DNA of 64,000 nt from Chiloscyllium plagiosum (lineage: Eukaryota). The stretch is from the NCBI RefSeq assembly GCF_004010195.1, contig NC_057719.1, forward strand, positions 23,961,629-24,025,628, in the 5' to 3' direction. Position numbers and translations under genes: made by a program. Each line of letters opens with the position of its first letter. The stretch's first letter is position 1. The notes below the pieces were generated by a model that was given only the letters and a program-made list of their open reading frames with translations, had not been told where the DNA came from and did no database searches. Shown here piece after piece: positions 36,070-50,125 of the stretch.

Positions 36070-37990
36070 CCTTGTATAGTTTTAGCAAGACTTACCTATT
36101 TTTAGACTCCATTCCCTTTGAAATAAAGGTCAACATTCCATTTGCCTTCCCTATTATTTGCTGAGCCTATATGCAAGCTTTTTGTGATTCATGCACTTGA
36201 TCCCAAATCCCACTGTGCTTTTCTCTATTTAAATAACGTTCAGCCCATTTACTCTTCCTGCCTAAGCACATAAGCATATTTCCAAACATTATGTTCCATG
36301 TACCATGTTTTTGTCCATACACTCAACCTGGCTCTATCCCTGTCTAGATTCTGTGTCATCCTCATCACTTGCCTTTCCACTTTATTTTGTCATCTGCAAA
36401 CTTGCGATAGTATATTCACTTCCCTCATCCAAGTCATAAATATTTGCTACAAATAATTGCAGTCCCATCCTGATTCCGTTGGCACTCCATTGGCTATAGT
36501 TTGTCATCCAGAAAATGCCACTTTTACCACAAATCTCTGTCAGCTATCGATGCTGACACACTATCTCCAAAACCATGAGATCTCATCTTATTAAGTAGCC
36601 CTATGTGCTGTTCCATTTTGAACACCTTTTGGAAATCAAATATATTACATCTACTAGTTCCCCTTTATTTCCTCTATCCTGCATGTTACCCTCTCAAAGA
36701 ATTTCAACATTTATGCCAGGCATGATTTCTCTTTCATGAATTCATGCTGACTTTGCTTGACTTTATTATGTACTCCTAAATGTCCTGCCATTATATTTTC
36801 CCAATGACGTGTTATTTTAACTGGCCAAGAGTTACCTTTTGTTTGTCTCCTTTTTTTTTTGAAGGGTATTATATCAGTAATTTTCCAATTCTGTTGGTAT
36901 CTATCCAACATCCTCCATCCATACCACACTGTGTTGGACTAGATCAGACTCAACATACAGCTCTGTCTCTGTTCCAGATCAGACAGGTCCCCTTACAGTC
37001 TTTGCCACTTGACTCATCCCAGCCTGACATCTCCTGCCACCAGACCTCATCAAACCTGAATGAACCCACTTTCTATTTTTGTTTCAGATCTCCAGTATCT
37101 GCAGATCTTTCTTATATTAGAAATACTTACTTACTTGATGGGTTTATGTTCTCCCTTTGATGACACTCTGGATATTTTCTGAATTCAACCCTCTGAGACA
37201 GCTTTTCAAGTCCTGTTGTGAGTGTGTTGCTGGAAAAGCATGGGCCGGAGCCCTTCATCAGGAATTTGGGCTCCAGCACAAACCATCGATTTTCCTGCTC
37301 CTCGGATACTGCCTGACCTGCTCTCCTTTTCCAGCTACACGCTCTCAACTCTGATCTCCAAAATCTGCAGACCTCACTGTCTCCTGAATGAATCCCTCCC
37401 TCACCCCCAAAGAAAGCTGACCTAACATGAACTCCCACCCCCTCTTGGGCCTGATTTGTCCCAGCTACCCTGACCTATTCTGCATCATTTGAATTGCCAC
37501 CTTGCACCCTGGCACCATAACAACTTTGCTGCTTACCTCCTTCCCACATAGTATTGTACCTATTTGGCACCCTACCATCTGCTCATCTGGCATCTGACTA
37601 TTGGTTCCTACGCTCTGTGCAGATGGTACCCTTCCTGGTTGACATCCTACTTACCAAAACTCTGGAATTCTACTGCTCAGCACCTTTCCCACCTCCCACC
37701 TGGTCCTCCCTACCTATTGAGAAACCATCACCCTCAGCAGTATCCAAAATGGATACTCTGTTTGAGAAGGAGATGTCTCCGGTGTGGGGTGGGAGGGAGA
37801 GGGTGTCCTCCTGCACTATCTGTTTTGTGTTTTTAGCTGTCTGGCTGTCAGGCCCTTCATGCCTGTGCATTCTTTAGCTGCAGTATGACCTGCTCACTGT
37901 GAATGCTAGCCAAGAAGATCTTTGCCCTCTGGATGCTCCACGGTGGCTCCAACAACAGCTCCAGATCAAAAACATGGATTTCCAGTATTT
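36070..37990 (-). mobile_element. Old CR1 fragments (ORF2 36070-36890; ORF1-like 36940-37990, split by an insertion)
   Basis: KQSQHEFMKEKSCL, KFADDK-like motifs, ISFSNRVSILDT. Confidence 0.55.
37216..37385. mobile_element. PLE-derived hairpin element, older copy
   Basis: Minus-strand cCTGATGAagggctccggccc at ~37260-37240; 3' end ctcactgtctcct. Confidence 0.7.
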
Positions 37991-38006
37991 AGAGCTGAAC
38001 ATTTAT

Positions 38007-38325
38007 GGGCGGCACGGTGTCACAGTGGCTAGCACTGCTGCCTCACAGCGCCAGAGACCCGGGTTCAATTCCCACCTCAGGCAACTGTCCGTGTGGAGTT
38101 TGCTCATTCTCCCCGTGCCTGCGTGGGTTTCCTCCGGGTGCGCCAGTTTCCTCCCACAGTCCAAAAATGTGCAGGTTAGGTGAATTGGCCGTGCTAAATT
38201 GCCCGTAGTGTTAGGTGAAGGGGTGAATGTGGGGGAATGGGTCTGGGTGGATTGCTCTTCAGAGGGTCGGTGTGAACTTGTTGGGCCGAAGGGCCTGTTT
38301 CCACAGTGTAAGTGATCTATCTATC
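38007..38325 (+). mobile_element. Full-length HE1/V-SINE-like SINE
   Basis: GGGCGGCACGGTG head, A and B boxes, V-domain, LINE-like 3' tail. Confidence 0.88.
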
Positions 38326-38567
38326 ACACGCCCTGCACACATGGTCATTCTAGACTCTGAAAATTCCCAGACTGCACAGGAAGCATTCTGTCTGGCTGCC
38401 ATGCCATGACTTACCCTCGAATTACTTTCCTTATGTTTACATCTGCTAGCTTAAAGAGGATCAAATATATTTTAGGGACCTTACCTTACTTCTTGATCTT
38501 GATCTAAATATCTTGATCTAAATTAAAGACTATTCTTTCCATTACAGACTGGGCATTATCAATACTT

Positions 38568-38730
38568 AAAAACAAAAAAAATGCTGGAGAGACTCAACAG
38601 GTCTGGCAGCACCTGTGGGGAGAAAATAGAGTTAATGTTTCAAGTGCAGTGATCCTTTGTCAGATGCTGCCAGACCTGTTAAGATACTCCAGCACTTTCT
38701 ATTTTTGTTTCAGATCTCCAGTATCTGCAG
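38568..38730. mobile_element. Old PLE-derived hairpin element (third family; also ~18135-18290, 41483-41582, ~44305-44485)
   Basis: tgctggag..aacaggtctggcagca / tgctgccagacctgtt..ctccagca inverted arms. Confidence 0.6.
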
Positions 38731-39059
38731 ATCTTTCTTACATTAGAAGTACTTTCTTACTTGATGAGTTTATATTCTCCCTTTGATGCCACTCTGGATA
38801 TTTTCTGAATTCAACCCTCTGAGACAACTTTTCAAGTCCTGGTCTCATTAAGATCGAAGATAGGGAAGCAAGATTAAAAGATCATTTCCGTTCCCATCTC
38901 AACAATCTCCCTTCTAACTAAACTTACAGTGGTTCTACTCCAATGAAGTACACTTAAATATATAGCCTTCATGTCAGCTGACTTGCTACTTCTATAATCT
39001 GGAGGACATAAATGAAGGAGCAAGAATAAGCCAGATGACCACTCCATCTCACCCTGCCA

Positions 39060-39685
39060 TCAATATAATCGCCAAGTTCCGAGGAGTGACAATCATCAAA
39101 AATCTGTCCTGGTCCACGCACATTGATGTGCCGGTCAATAGAGCACAACAACACCTCTACTTTTTCAGGAGGCTAAGGATACTTGACTTGTTCATAAAGA
39201 CTCTTAACAATTTTTATAGATGCAGCATAGAAAGTGTCATGGTTTGGTATGGCAACTGCGCTGCCCAGGACTGTGTGAAACTACAGAACATTATGAACAT
39301 AGCACAGTCCATCATACAAGCCAACCTTCCATCCATTGACTCCTTGCTGCTTCAGAAAGGCAGTGAACATAATCAAAGACCACTCCCACCCAGTTATAAT
39401 CTCTTCCAACTTCTTCCATTGGGCAGAAGATACAAATGTTTAAGCACGTGAACCAGCAGATTCAAGAAGCTTCTTCCCCATTATTATTAGACTGCTGAAT
39501 AGCCCTCTCAAATTTTAAATGTAATGCTGATCTTTGTGCACTGTCTCTGTAGCCATAACATTGTATTCCTTTCTTTTACCCTGATGCACTTTGTATGGAA
39601 TGATCTGCCTATACTGTACATAAAAGAAAACATTTCACTGTACCTAGGTATATGTGACAATAATAAGTCAAATCAAATTAAATTA
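39060..39685 (+). mobile_element. Rex1/Babar LINE 3' fragment
   Basis: KFRGVTIIKNLSWSTH...RAQQHLYFFRRLR; tcaaatcaaat tail. Confidence 0.8.
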
Positions 39686-40467
39686 AAAAAAAACAATGTA
39701 ATCATGGTTAAACTCTTGTATCAATTATACATTCCTTCCCCTAACTTGATAAACATTGATTTCCTTAGTGCCCAAATACCTATTGATCACAATTTTGAAT
39801 GCAATGATCAAAAACACATCTCTAAGTGAAGAATGCCAAAGATGCACTATCTTCTGAATAAAGAAATTTGTCTTCATTTCGTGGGTGATGCTTTACCCTA
39901 GGACTATGGCCTGAAGTTTTGCAAAGATGGATTAGGTCTCCAACTTAGCCAAAATGGCACCAGAACCCTAATTCCAGAAGTTCTGCCCCCAATCCTAGCA
40001 CTCATTATTTCACCAGAGGAGGAACAGGGGTGATAGTACATTCTGCATCGTGATTCATAGCAGCAGCCTCACGTGTGATGACAGATCCAGTTTCTGTCAG
40101 TGAGATCTCCAAAACATATTTTTTGGGCTTTGCACTTGGCATGACAAAGTCTAAACTTACTGGAATTATTTGGATAGGTACATTTTGGGAATGTTTATGG
40201 ACTGTTTTTGGAGACATGTGTCAACATTGTGTAGAGGTAATTGCCCTGTGTTGAAGTTCAAGTGCTCTTTGTGATTTACCAGTCCAATGTATGCATGAAT
40301 GTGGATAAATCATGATGAAACTCATTGCAACTCCTAAGCTCATTGGAACTGTCAACCTTCAAAAGGCATTTAAACCTCTTTCCCTTTAAATTAACAGTAA
40401 TCTGTAATTAAAACAAATTAGAGCTCGATATTTCACACTGTATGTTGAAGTAACCCTGAGGAATAAT

Positions 40468-40797
40468 GCGTGGTACAATGATTAGCAATGCTGCCTCACA
40501 GCACCAGGGACCCAGGTTTGATTTGAACCTTGAGCAGCTGACTGTGTAGAGTTTGCACATTCTCCCTGTGTCTGCATGCGTTTCCACTAGATACTCTGGT
40601 TTCCTTCCACCACCCAAAGATGTGCAACTTAGGTGAATTGGCCATACTAAATTGTCCTGTAGTCTAGGGAAGTACAAACTAGGGGGATTAGCCAACATGG
40701 ATGGGGTTCGGTTGACATGGGTGGGTTGCTGTTTGGAGGGTCATTTTAGACTCTATGAGTCGAATGGCTTCTATCTGCATTGTAGGGATTCTATGAT
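40468..40797 (+). mobile_element. HE1/V-SINE-like SINE, diverged
   Basis: Homology to 38007-38325. Confidence 0.75.
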
Positions 40798-41482
40798 AAC
40801 ATTATAGAATTATTGTTGCATGACTGAGTTCACAACCTGATATTATAACAATAGGACGCTTATGAGTTTGTAGCATGATTAACAGCTCCAAGTATGTGCA
40901 ATTTTTTAATGTCCAGCTAAGTTTTTATAAAGGGTTAAGTTGTTGAAGGAATTTATATGTATTGAATGTGTTTTTCTCAATGAGCTTTTTTCCAAATAGC
41001 AGTGGTCAATGTAACTTTATCTTTTGTCATTTCAGCATGGTTTCTGAGGTCTGCCCATAGCAGACTTTGTGTCAGTTAGTCTGGAGGGTGAGAAGGCTAA
41101 GGGTTGGCATGAGTTGGCCCTAAATTGGCATAAAGGCTATAAAAATCAGGGTGTTAGGTGGAGGGTAATGGGTTGGCATGGCAGGTTTGAGATTTGGTGG
41201 GAGGTGAATGGTGAGACAGAGAGCATGTTGGGCAAAGAGATGGGTGGCGGTCATAAGGTGGCATGGATGAATTTGTGAGGGGTGAAGGATGTGGGCTGTT
41301 TTTGTTTTCTTGTTAGTTTTATTTCCCTTGGAAATGCCTGACTGCCTCTGAACCCTTTCTGGGCGTGGGGTCATGTCCTTACCCAGAATGAAACAGTCTC
41401 TCAGTGTCTATCTTGTTAAGGCCTCAAAACAAAATGTTTCAATGAACCCAACTCTCATTCTTCCCAGTTCAGAGAATATCAA

Positions 41483-41582
41483 ACAAAAATAGAAATTGCT
41501 GGAAAATCTCTGTGGTTCTGACAGCAACTGTGGAGAGCAATCAGAGCTAATGTTTCAGGTCCAATAACTCTTCCTCAGAACT
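41483..41582 (-). mobile_element. Short PLE-derived element with decayed hammerhead motif
   Basis: Minus strand tCTGAGGAagagttattggacctGAAAcatta; flanking direct repeat gagaatatcaa 41472-41482 / 41583-41593. Confidence 0.65.
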
Positions 41583-44500
41583 GAGAATATCAATCTGTTC
41601 TACTGCTTATAGGTAACCCAACCTTGTCAGGAATCAATTGAGTACTCCGTATTGTATCCCTCAAAGTCAAGTATCCCTTCCTTAAGGAAGTCATCTTTAC
41701 CAAGTTTCTTCATGGGTTAACACTCTACATTTTCTCACTCTATCCTCTAAGGATGATTGATAACACACCCCACTAAAAAAAATCTAAAGAATAATGCTTT
41801 TAAAATGAATTTTGTAACAATTATTGTAGAATATCAGTTTAGCTCCTTAAAACTGCCAAACATTAGTTACTCATATATGAGGAGAGCTTTCTACTCATGT
41901 TAGAACCTGAGCCAGTCAAGGGCTAAGCAATGCAATGGCTTTGCCAGGTTGCAACCAGCTATGATATGTATAGGCAGTGCTCCAAATTTTGCCCCTAACT
42001 TTTGAAACCCCTGGGAACAGAAGTTCAACAAATGTCAAGTATATGTAGCAGAGCTCTTTGCTCAACAAGAGATTGAAGCTGGGCATTATATAACAAGGTA
42101 CTGGATTCAACTGTTCCGAAGTCCTGATTGCAGTGTAAATATATGAATTCAACATTATTAACAAAAGACTACAACTACTAACAAAATTTGTAACTAATTT
42201 AAGTTGACTTGTTCCTATCTCATAATCTATAGTTAAAGAAAAAGTAATTGGCGTTTTAATGTACAGAGTATTCTTTATGTCTAATCGGCTGTACTTATCT
42301 GTCAGTTTGTTCCATTATGAACAACAGTCTTTGTTTCAAACTAATCCCACTTGTCATAAAAAGTTGCTCATAATTTTTCCTTATGAACCATTAAATAAAT
42401 AGCACTTTTCTTCATCTTCTCCTTATCAGCACTTACATTGATTTATTCACTCATCTCTCAAGGTTTCATTTCTTTCAAGTACAGGAATCAATGAAACTAA
42501 AAGCAACCTAATCTGAGACTGAAATATAGATAATTATTCACCAGATCTAAGACTGCCTGGCTCCTATGGAATATATTGTTCCATTAAAAGATCTATTTAC
42601 AGGTCACTGATTTTTGTTGTGCTCTTGCTAGTGATCAATAAGCTAATGATCAGTATACACATAAAAACCTTCCCTTAAATCTTTCAGATTCCATATCAAG
42701 TCTTAATGTGAATGGTTCCCTCTTTTCAAGCTGTTGACAAGGACAGAAGATAAAACTGTTGTTGCAAGTTAAGTCAAGCTGAAATCATGAGCTCTATGGG
42801 AGAATTCATAAAATCCAAATTAAAAACAAATAATGCTGAAACACTCAACAGGTCAGGCAGCTTCTGTGAAGAGAAGTTAACATTTCAGGTTGTGGCTTCT
42901 TATTAGAACTGAAGAGCATTAGAAATCTAAAATAATTTTAGCAAACAATACATCCCATTGACTAATCACAATGGGCCGAATGACAATTGTGGTCGACCAA
43001 GCTCCTAATTGCAATGCCCATCATTAGACATGACACTGTCATTGGAAATAATTTATAAAATAATCCATACTGTGCTAAGAGTTACATTGGAAACCATTTT
43101 CAGATCAACAGTGGAATTTGAAGTGTGCCTGAAACTGCACGCAATAATACACAATACATTGTGTTTTGTAGACAAAAAAGAATGTGTGCATACTTTATAC
43201 ATTTGTTTCATGAACAAAGGGTGATGAAGTCTGCCAACCTCTGCTGCACTTCCATGGCAACTTCCTGACCAATCCGTATCTACCTGCCTGCTCTACAAAT
43301 TAAGATTGACAGTTAACTGTTTTTGCTAAACTTTCATGCAGCACCCTCTTGTCATGCCATATAAATTGGTGTCCCTTTACTCAAGTCTGTTTCTTGCGAG
43401 ATAATCCTGAAAAAAGGAAGACAAAAAGCATCAACTTGTCTCACCTTTTAGAAATGTTGAAGAACGCAATCAAGCTGGTTGCCTTTAAAACAGAACGTGC
43501 CTTTAAAAACACCACCCTGACTTTCATTTAGTATCTGACAAATTTATATTAGTGTTTCTAAACATTTCATCACCAAAATTAAGCTGACCAGTTTCAATTG
43601 CCAATTTTAACCCTCTCCTTTATTTAAAAAAACACAAATTAGCAATTGCATCAAATGGTGTGGCATTGAATCGTATGGACGGATGTTGTAGTAGAGAAAA
43701 TTTACTAAAGTTAGAAATGCACAGCAGAACTTCTCAAAAATGTAATGATTCTGTAATTTTTCAGGTAGAACCATTGAACAGGACTAATATTCGGAAAGGA
43801 GCTTTGCACAATATTGAATTTAGGATTTCCAACTTAAGCAGTTAAATGTGCATTGCACAGAAAATGGAAAAAAGAAGGTTGTGCTAAAAGTACAATATCT
43901 TTACAAAATCTCCTAAATGCTTTCCAAGTGACCTTGCAGAAAAGTACATAGGAGGTATCACAATGAACCAATAAAAGCAATCTCCTTGAACTTTATCGGT
44001 TAGTTTTTATCTGTGCGGTATTTGGACTCAGTGAGATGCCATCCCCTTGTGAAATTCAAATAATTGCCTTATGAATTCTGCAAGGTTGCTAAGTTTAAGT
44101 AAACATCTGCTTTTGAAATAATTGATTTTATGCTGCAAGGATCTTAAACCAGTTTAGGTACAAAAATCCAACTCATTCTGTGACATAATTATAATTTTTT
44201 TTAAGTAATCATGTCCCATGTCAGCAGAATGTCCATACTTCCATGGTTGATAAATGAATACCTTTGCACTATCTTGAAGAACGGCGTGGAAGTATATTTA
44301 CAGAGAATGCTGGAGAAACTCAGCAGGTCTGGCATTATCTGTGGAGCGAGAAACAGAGTTAAAATTTGGAGTCCACCCTAACTTCTTCAAAGCAGATTCA
44401 TCTCAGAATTAAGCATTAATTGTCTCTCTCTCCACCAGACCTGCAGGATTGCTTCAGAATTTACTGCTTTTATTTCAGATTGTCAGTATTTTAAGAAATA

Positions 44501-45028
44501 TAACTTATCTGATACATTAGTATATTCAGAGATCTCAAAAGCCCAATCTTGATGGGTATGCATTTTGCAAGTAACATTACAAACTTAAATTGCTATGGTT
44601 TTTGCTAAAAGGATTACAGTTTCAGAGTCTTTGAAAATGAGCTTAGACTGAAAATCCAGATGAGTAAATTAATGGTGTTCCCATGATCAGTGATGGATGG
44701 AATGTACTCAATCCAAAGTAAAATTATTTGTTGCATAGAGACACACAGTTCCAACATTTCTATTATCCAACTGTTAAGGAAAAGGATGGTAGAACAATTC
44801 TAGTTTATTTGGTGCAATCCTTTATATTAAGGAAGCAGTTCAACCACAGATCTGATGGCCTACTGCTGTAGGCAAAAAAAGTTTTTTTTAACCTAATCTT
44901 TATTAAAGAATCATTCTGTGGTTCTGTGACAATGGTGTATTAAAGTTTCTAGATGGTTTCAATCCAATGCGACATTGAAATGGTGAAATCAGTCAGGTGA
45001 ACTGGTTCTTTCATCCAAGCCTTTCACA

Positions 45029-45639
45029 TGTGGATGATGCTGCTCCTTTAAAGAGGTTATGTCATCCTTGGATTTTTTTTTCAGAGAGGTCGTAAAAGTC
45101 TAAGTTAAAGGGTTTGGAGGACAATTTGATTCAAACTAACAGATAGTGCCTCAGGCAATAGGCTTTTAAAATTGGTTTGTACAATAAAAGGGGAGTGGCT
45201 AGTGCTCTCAGCTCAGTTTATCTCTGGTTGGATTTGTTTTTAGCACAGTAGAGTTGAAGAAGCTGCTGGACCCAAAGAAGCAGATCCAGGTTGGTACTAT
45301 CTTTCTGACTTCTCTCCTTTAAGACCCTGTGTATGCTTTTACCTTTTGTGCCAAAGGATGTTTATGGGGATTGTTGCAAGTATTTGGAATCGCATCAGTA
45401 AGTTGGTATGATCTGCTGGGTTTGCAGATAGGTTAAGTTATCCTGTATTCTGGTCTCGTTTGTTTGTGTTCCATTCAGTAATCTTGTAAATAAATTCAGT
45501 TTTGCTTAAGATTATATGGTTTGACCAACTGCATCCCTGCTGGAATATTCAAGTTATACCTGCTTAAAACAATGAGCAAAGTTAGGGTCTGGGCCACTTT
45601 CTTGAAATGTTTTGAGGGGATCTGGCCTGCTCCATAATA
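45029..45639. mobile_element. Probable solo LTR, ~610 bp
   Basis: TGTGGA start and CCATAATA end (a decayed ...TAACA terminus), internal AATAAA motifs; no clear TSD. Confidence 0.45.
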
Positions 45640-46344
45640 ATGTTGAGTTTTTGCTTTTGACGAAGAATCTTTTAATTGAAGTCATTTGAAACAGAGGGTG
45701 TTTCCATAACTGGAAACAATTACTTCATGAAACTCTTTAGAATGTTACCATAGGGCGACACATAGCATTAAAATGGGAGAAAGATGTCAAAAAAAGATAA
45801 ACTAATGTATGTACTATGATGAACAAGAAGCAAACATGTACTTTTGTAGGAGCCATGCTTTCAGGAAATTGCAGTGTTTTACAACCAAACAGTGCACAGT
45901 AAGACCTATAAGCAGCTAATTAAATAGATGACATCTAGGTAGATGCCTTGTATGTGGCATCGTTTAATGTGGAAATGCTGTTGTACATAATCAGGCACAC
46001 GGTACTTGACAGAAGTGGATCCAGTTCCAGTGATAATGAAGCCTAGTTGACTATGGATCTCCCTACTGCTGCAACCTTCATCTGCCATAACAGCCATTGA
46101 TATCACATGGCTATCTTCTGCCTGAATCATCATTGAGAACTTGTTTTGGATTGTGCTTTGTCTGGTTACTCCCCCGATCTTACCGTCTTGGGTAGCCCTG
46201 GCAGTGATTAATCATTCCTTTTGGCATCACTCTCGGGATCAATGGAAAGTTCAGGCATCTCCACCACTGCAAGGTAGCAATCCTACAGATGGGAATTAAT
46301 AAAACTTAACACATATTACTTGAGGGGATAAATGTGGGACAGGG

Positions 46345-47508
46345 CATTTTGAAAGGCAAGGACTGATTAGGGATCGTCAACATGGCTTTGTGCGTGGGAA
46401 ATCATGTCTCACAAGCTTGATTGAGTTTTTTGAAGAAGTAACTAAGAAGATTGATGAGGGCAGAGCAGTAGATGTGATCTATATGGACTTCAGCAGGGCG
46501 TTCGACAAGGTTCCCCATGGGAGACTAATTAGCAAGGTTAGATCTCAGGGAATACAGGGAGAACTAGCCATTTGGATACACAACTGGCTCAAAGGTAGAA
46601 GACAGAGGGTGGTGGTGGAGGGTTGTTTTTCAGACTGGAGGCCTGTGACCAGTGGAGTCACAAGGATCAGTGCTGGGTCCTCTACATTTTGTCATTTACA
46701 TAAATGATTTGGATGCGAGCATAAGAGGTACAGTTAGTAAGTTTGCAGATGACACCAAAATTGGAGGTGTAGTGGATGGTGATGAGGGTTACCTCAGATT
46801 ACAACAGGATCTGGACCAGATGGGCCAATGGGCTGAGAAGTAGCAGATGGAGTTTAATTCAGATAAATGCGAGGTGCTGCATTTTGGGAAAGCAAATCTT
46901 AACAGGACTTATACACTTAATGGTAAGGTCCTAAGGGGCATTGCTGAACAAAGAGACCTTGGAGTTCAGGTTCATAGCTCCTTGAAAGTGGAGTCGCAGG
47001 TAGATAGGATAGTGAAGAAGGCNNNNNNNNNNNNNNNNNNNNNNNNNNNNNNNNNNNNNNNNNNNNNNNNNNNNNNNNNNNNNNNNNNNNNNNNNNNNNN
47101 NNNNNNNNNNNNCATCGGAGGCTGAGGGGTGACCTTATAGAAGTTTACAAAATTATGAGGGGCATGGATAGGATAAATAGACAAAGTCTTTTCCCTGGGG
47201 TCGGGGAGTCCAGAACTAGAGGGCATAGGTTTAGGGTGAGAGGGGAAAGATATAAAAGAGACCTAAGGGGCAACCTTTTCAATGCAGAGGGTGGTACGTG
47301 TACGGAATGAGCTGCCAGACGATGTGGTGGAGGCTGGTACAATTGCAACATTTAAGAGGCATTTGGATGGGTATATGAATAGGAAGGGTTTGGAGGGATA
47401 TGGGATAGGTGCTGGCAGGTGGGACTAGATTGGGTTGGGATATCTGGTCGGCATGGACAGGTTGGACCGAAGGGTCTGTTTCCATTCTGTACATCTCTAT
47501 GACTCTAT
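46345..47508 (+). mobile_element. Young 5'-truncated CR1 (RT to tail), containing an assembly gap
   Basis: [43 protein letters not shown]; ctctatgactctat tail. Confidence 0.9.
47023..47112. other. Assembly gap (90 N)
   Basis: Run of N. Confidence 1.
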
Positions 47509-49022
47509 AATTCTCTTGCTCTTCAGATCTCTTGCATCCACTTTTTTATCTGCAGACTTGACTTCAAATATATTAACTCTGACAATATAGCACTTATATC
47601 ATAGAGTCAACCTGATTTATATGCTCAAGCCTTGGAATGGGATTTAAATCATAAACCTTGGAATTTAGAAATGAACATGCTGTGAATTGAATAAAACTCA
47701 CCCCAGAGGCAGAATAGACTTTGAACATAAGTCGAGTGTTCAGCAATAAAAAAAAGTTCCTTCTAATTCTAGATTCACCCAGAAGAAGAAATATCTTCTC
47801 AGCATTTGCTTTGTCCTTAGAATCTTATGTGGTTCAATACATTAACTTTCTTGCGCTAACATGCATACGCCAACCTACGCAACATAAGGCAATACTTTCA
47901 GCCCAGGCATTAATCCACTGGACTTTCTCCCAACTACCTATACTGAAAGTATAACATGACATAAGGAAGGAGACCAAAGGTGTACACAATATTCTTGGTG
48001 TAGTGCCAGCAATGCTCTATACAGTTGTAACAAGGCAACGTTAATTCAATATACTTTTTCACCTTTCAATAAAGGCCAAAATTTCATTTGCCTTTTATCT
48101 GCATCCTAATATTGTGTGCTTCGTGTACAAGGATGTCTTCTGTACTATCACATGCTGAAAACTCTCTCCATTGAAAGGAAGAGCTTCATTTTTCCATTGT
48201 TCTTACCAAAGTGGGTAATATCACAGTTTCCCAGAAAATATTCCATCTTCTAAATTTGTATCACTGTCTTAATCTATTTACACCACATTGCAGATTCTTT
48301 GGTTGAATTTTCAGCGTCCGGTCAAGGAAAGGTGCCAGCTGGCCAGTTTCAAGACACCATTCCCAACAGTGACACTGTCCATTGGAATGGGGAAGGGCTG
48401 GAGAAGGATTTCACTTCTCTCTTGATTGACCCCAATAAACTGAGTTAAGAAACTATTTCAGAGCATGGTTGAGAGGGAGGTTGGAACTTTGAAGTGGAGA
48501 TGCATAGGTTTGAGGTTCGACCAATTTTCAGCTGTAATAAGGTGGAAGCTACCCCTGGAGCCACAAGGGGTCATAACAGCAAACGGCAACTCAATCTTCG
48601 CAAAGGAGATGCCCCAGGCATTGCACAGGTGGCAGAGTTAGTGGGCACTCATTGCTCAGGCACTGAATGGCATTGTATTACCCAGCCCTTTCAAAGAGTC
48701 ACCAATATTGCCATCACAATGGGGCATTACCTATTCAAAAGAAGGCTTCAGAATGACAGACTGTGCACCCTGAGGTAATGAGCGGTGACACTTCTCCCCT
48801 CCCCATCCACAGGGAAGGACAGAAACCTGAGCAGCAGGAAGGCACAGAAGAGAAAAACATTGCAGGTTCTGACAATGTAACTCTGTCTCAGTAGGACATA
48901 GAAGAGTCAGCATGGGTTATGTGCAGGTCCCGTGGAAGCCAAAAACCTCATTACAAAACCTACCAGTAGAGGCAGAGTTAACTGAGGAGGATTGTGACCT
49001 AGTCACCAGGTATCTGTGACCG

Positions 49023-50125
49023 TAGAGTCATAGAGTCGCAGAGTTGACCAGCACAGAAATGCACCCTTCAGTCCAACTTGTCCATGCCGAACAGATATCC
49101 TAAATAAATCTAGTCCTATTTGTCAGCATTTGGCCCATATCCCTCTAAACCTGTCCTATTCATATAACCATCCAGATGCCTTTTAAAAGTTAGAATGATA
49201 CCAGCCTCCACCACTTCCTCTGGCAACTCATTCCCTACAAGCACCACATCTGTGCGAAAAGTTGCCCCTTAGGTCCCTTTTAAATCTTTCCCCTCTCACC
49301 TTAAAGCTATGCCCTCTAGTTTTGGACTCCTCCACCCCGGGGAAAAGATCTTGTCTATTTACCATATCCATGCCCCTCATGATTTCATAAACCTCTATAA
49401 GGTCACCCCTCAGCCTCCAACGCTCCAGAGAAAACAGCCTAAGCCTGTTCAGCCTCTCCCCATAGCTCAACCCTGGCAAAATCCTTGTAAAATCTTTTCT
49501 GAAACCTTTCAAGTCTCACAAATCTTTCTGATAGCAGGAAGACCAGAATTGCACGAAATATTCTAAAAATGGCCTAATCAATATCCTGTACAACATGACC
49601 TCCCAACTCCTATACTCAATGCACTGACCAATAAAGGCAAGCATACCAAACATCGCCTTCACTATCTTATCTACCTGCGACTCCACTTTCAAGAAACTAT
49701 GAACCTGCACACCAAGGTCTCTTTGATGAGCAACACTGCCCAGGACTTTACTATTAAGTGTATAAGTCCTGCCCTGATTTGCCTTTCCAAAATGCAGCGC
49801 CTCACGTTTATCTAAATAAAACTCTATCTGCCACTCTTCGGCCCATAGGCCCACCTGATGACAATCCCATTGTATTCTCAGGTAACCTTCTTTGTTGTCC
49901 ACTACACCTCCAATTTTGGTACCATCTACCAACTTACTACAGACCTCCGACGTTCACATCCAAATCATTTATATAAATGATGTAAAGTAATGGGTCCATG
50001 ACCGATCCTTGAGGCACAACATGGGCCACAGGCCTCCAGTCTGAAAAGCAACCCTCCACCATCACCCTTTGCCTTCTACTTTTGAGCCAGTTCTGCATCC
50101 AAATAGTTAGTTTTTCCTGTATTCC
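49023..50125 (-). mobile_element. CR1 3' fragment nested in the Harbinger relic
   Basis: DGTKIGGVVD..., RLRGDLIEVYEIMRG; tagagtcatagag tail. Confidence 0.88.

Noticed and set aside
38007..38095. tRNA gene (A and B boxes)
   Set aside because: It is the tRNA-derived head of a multi-copy SINE and continues into the V-domain and tail
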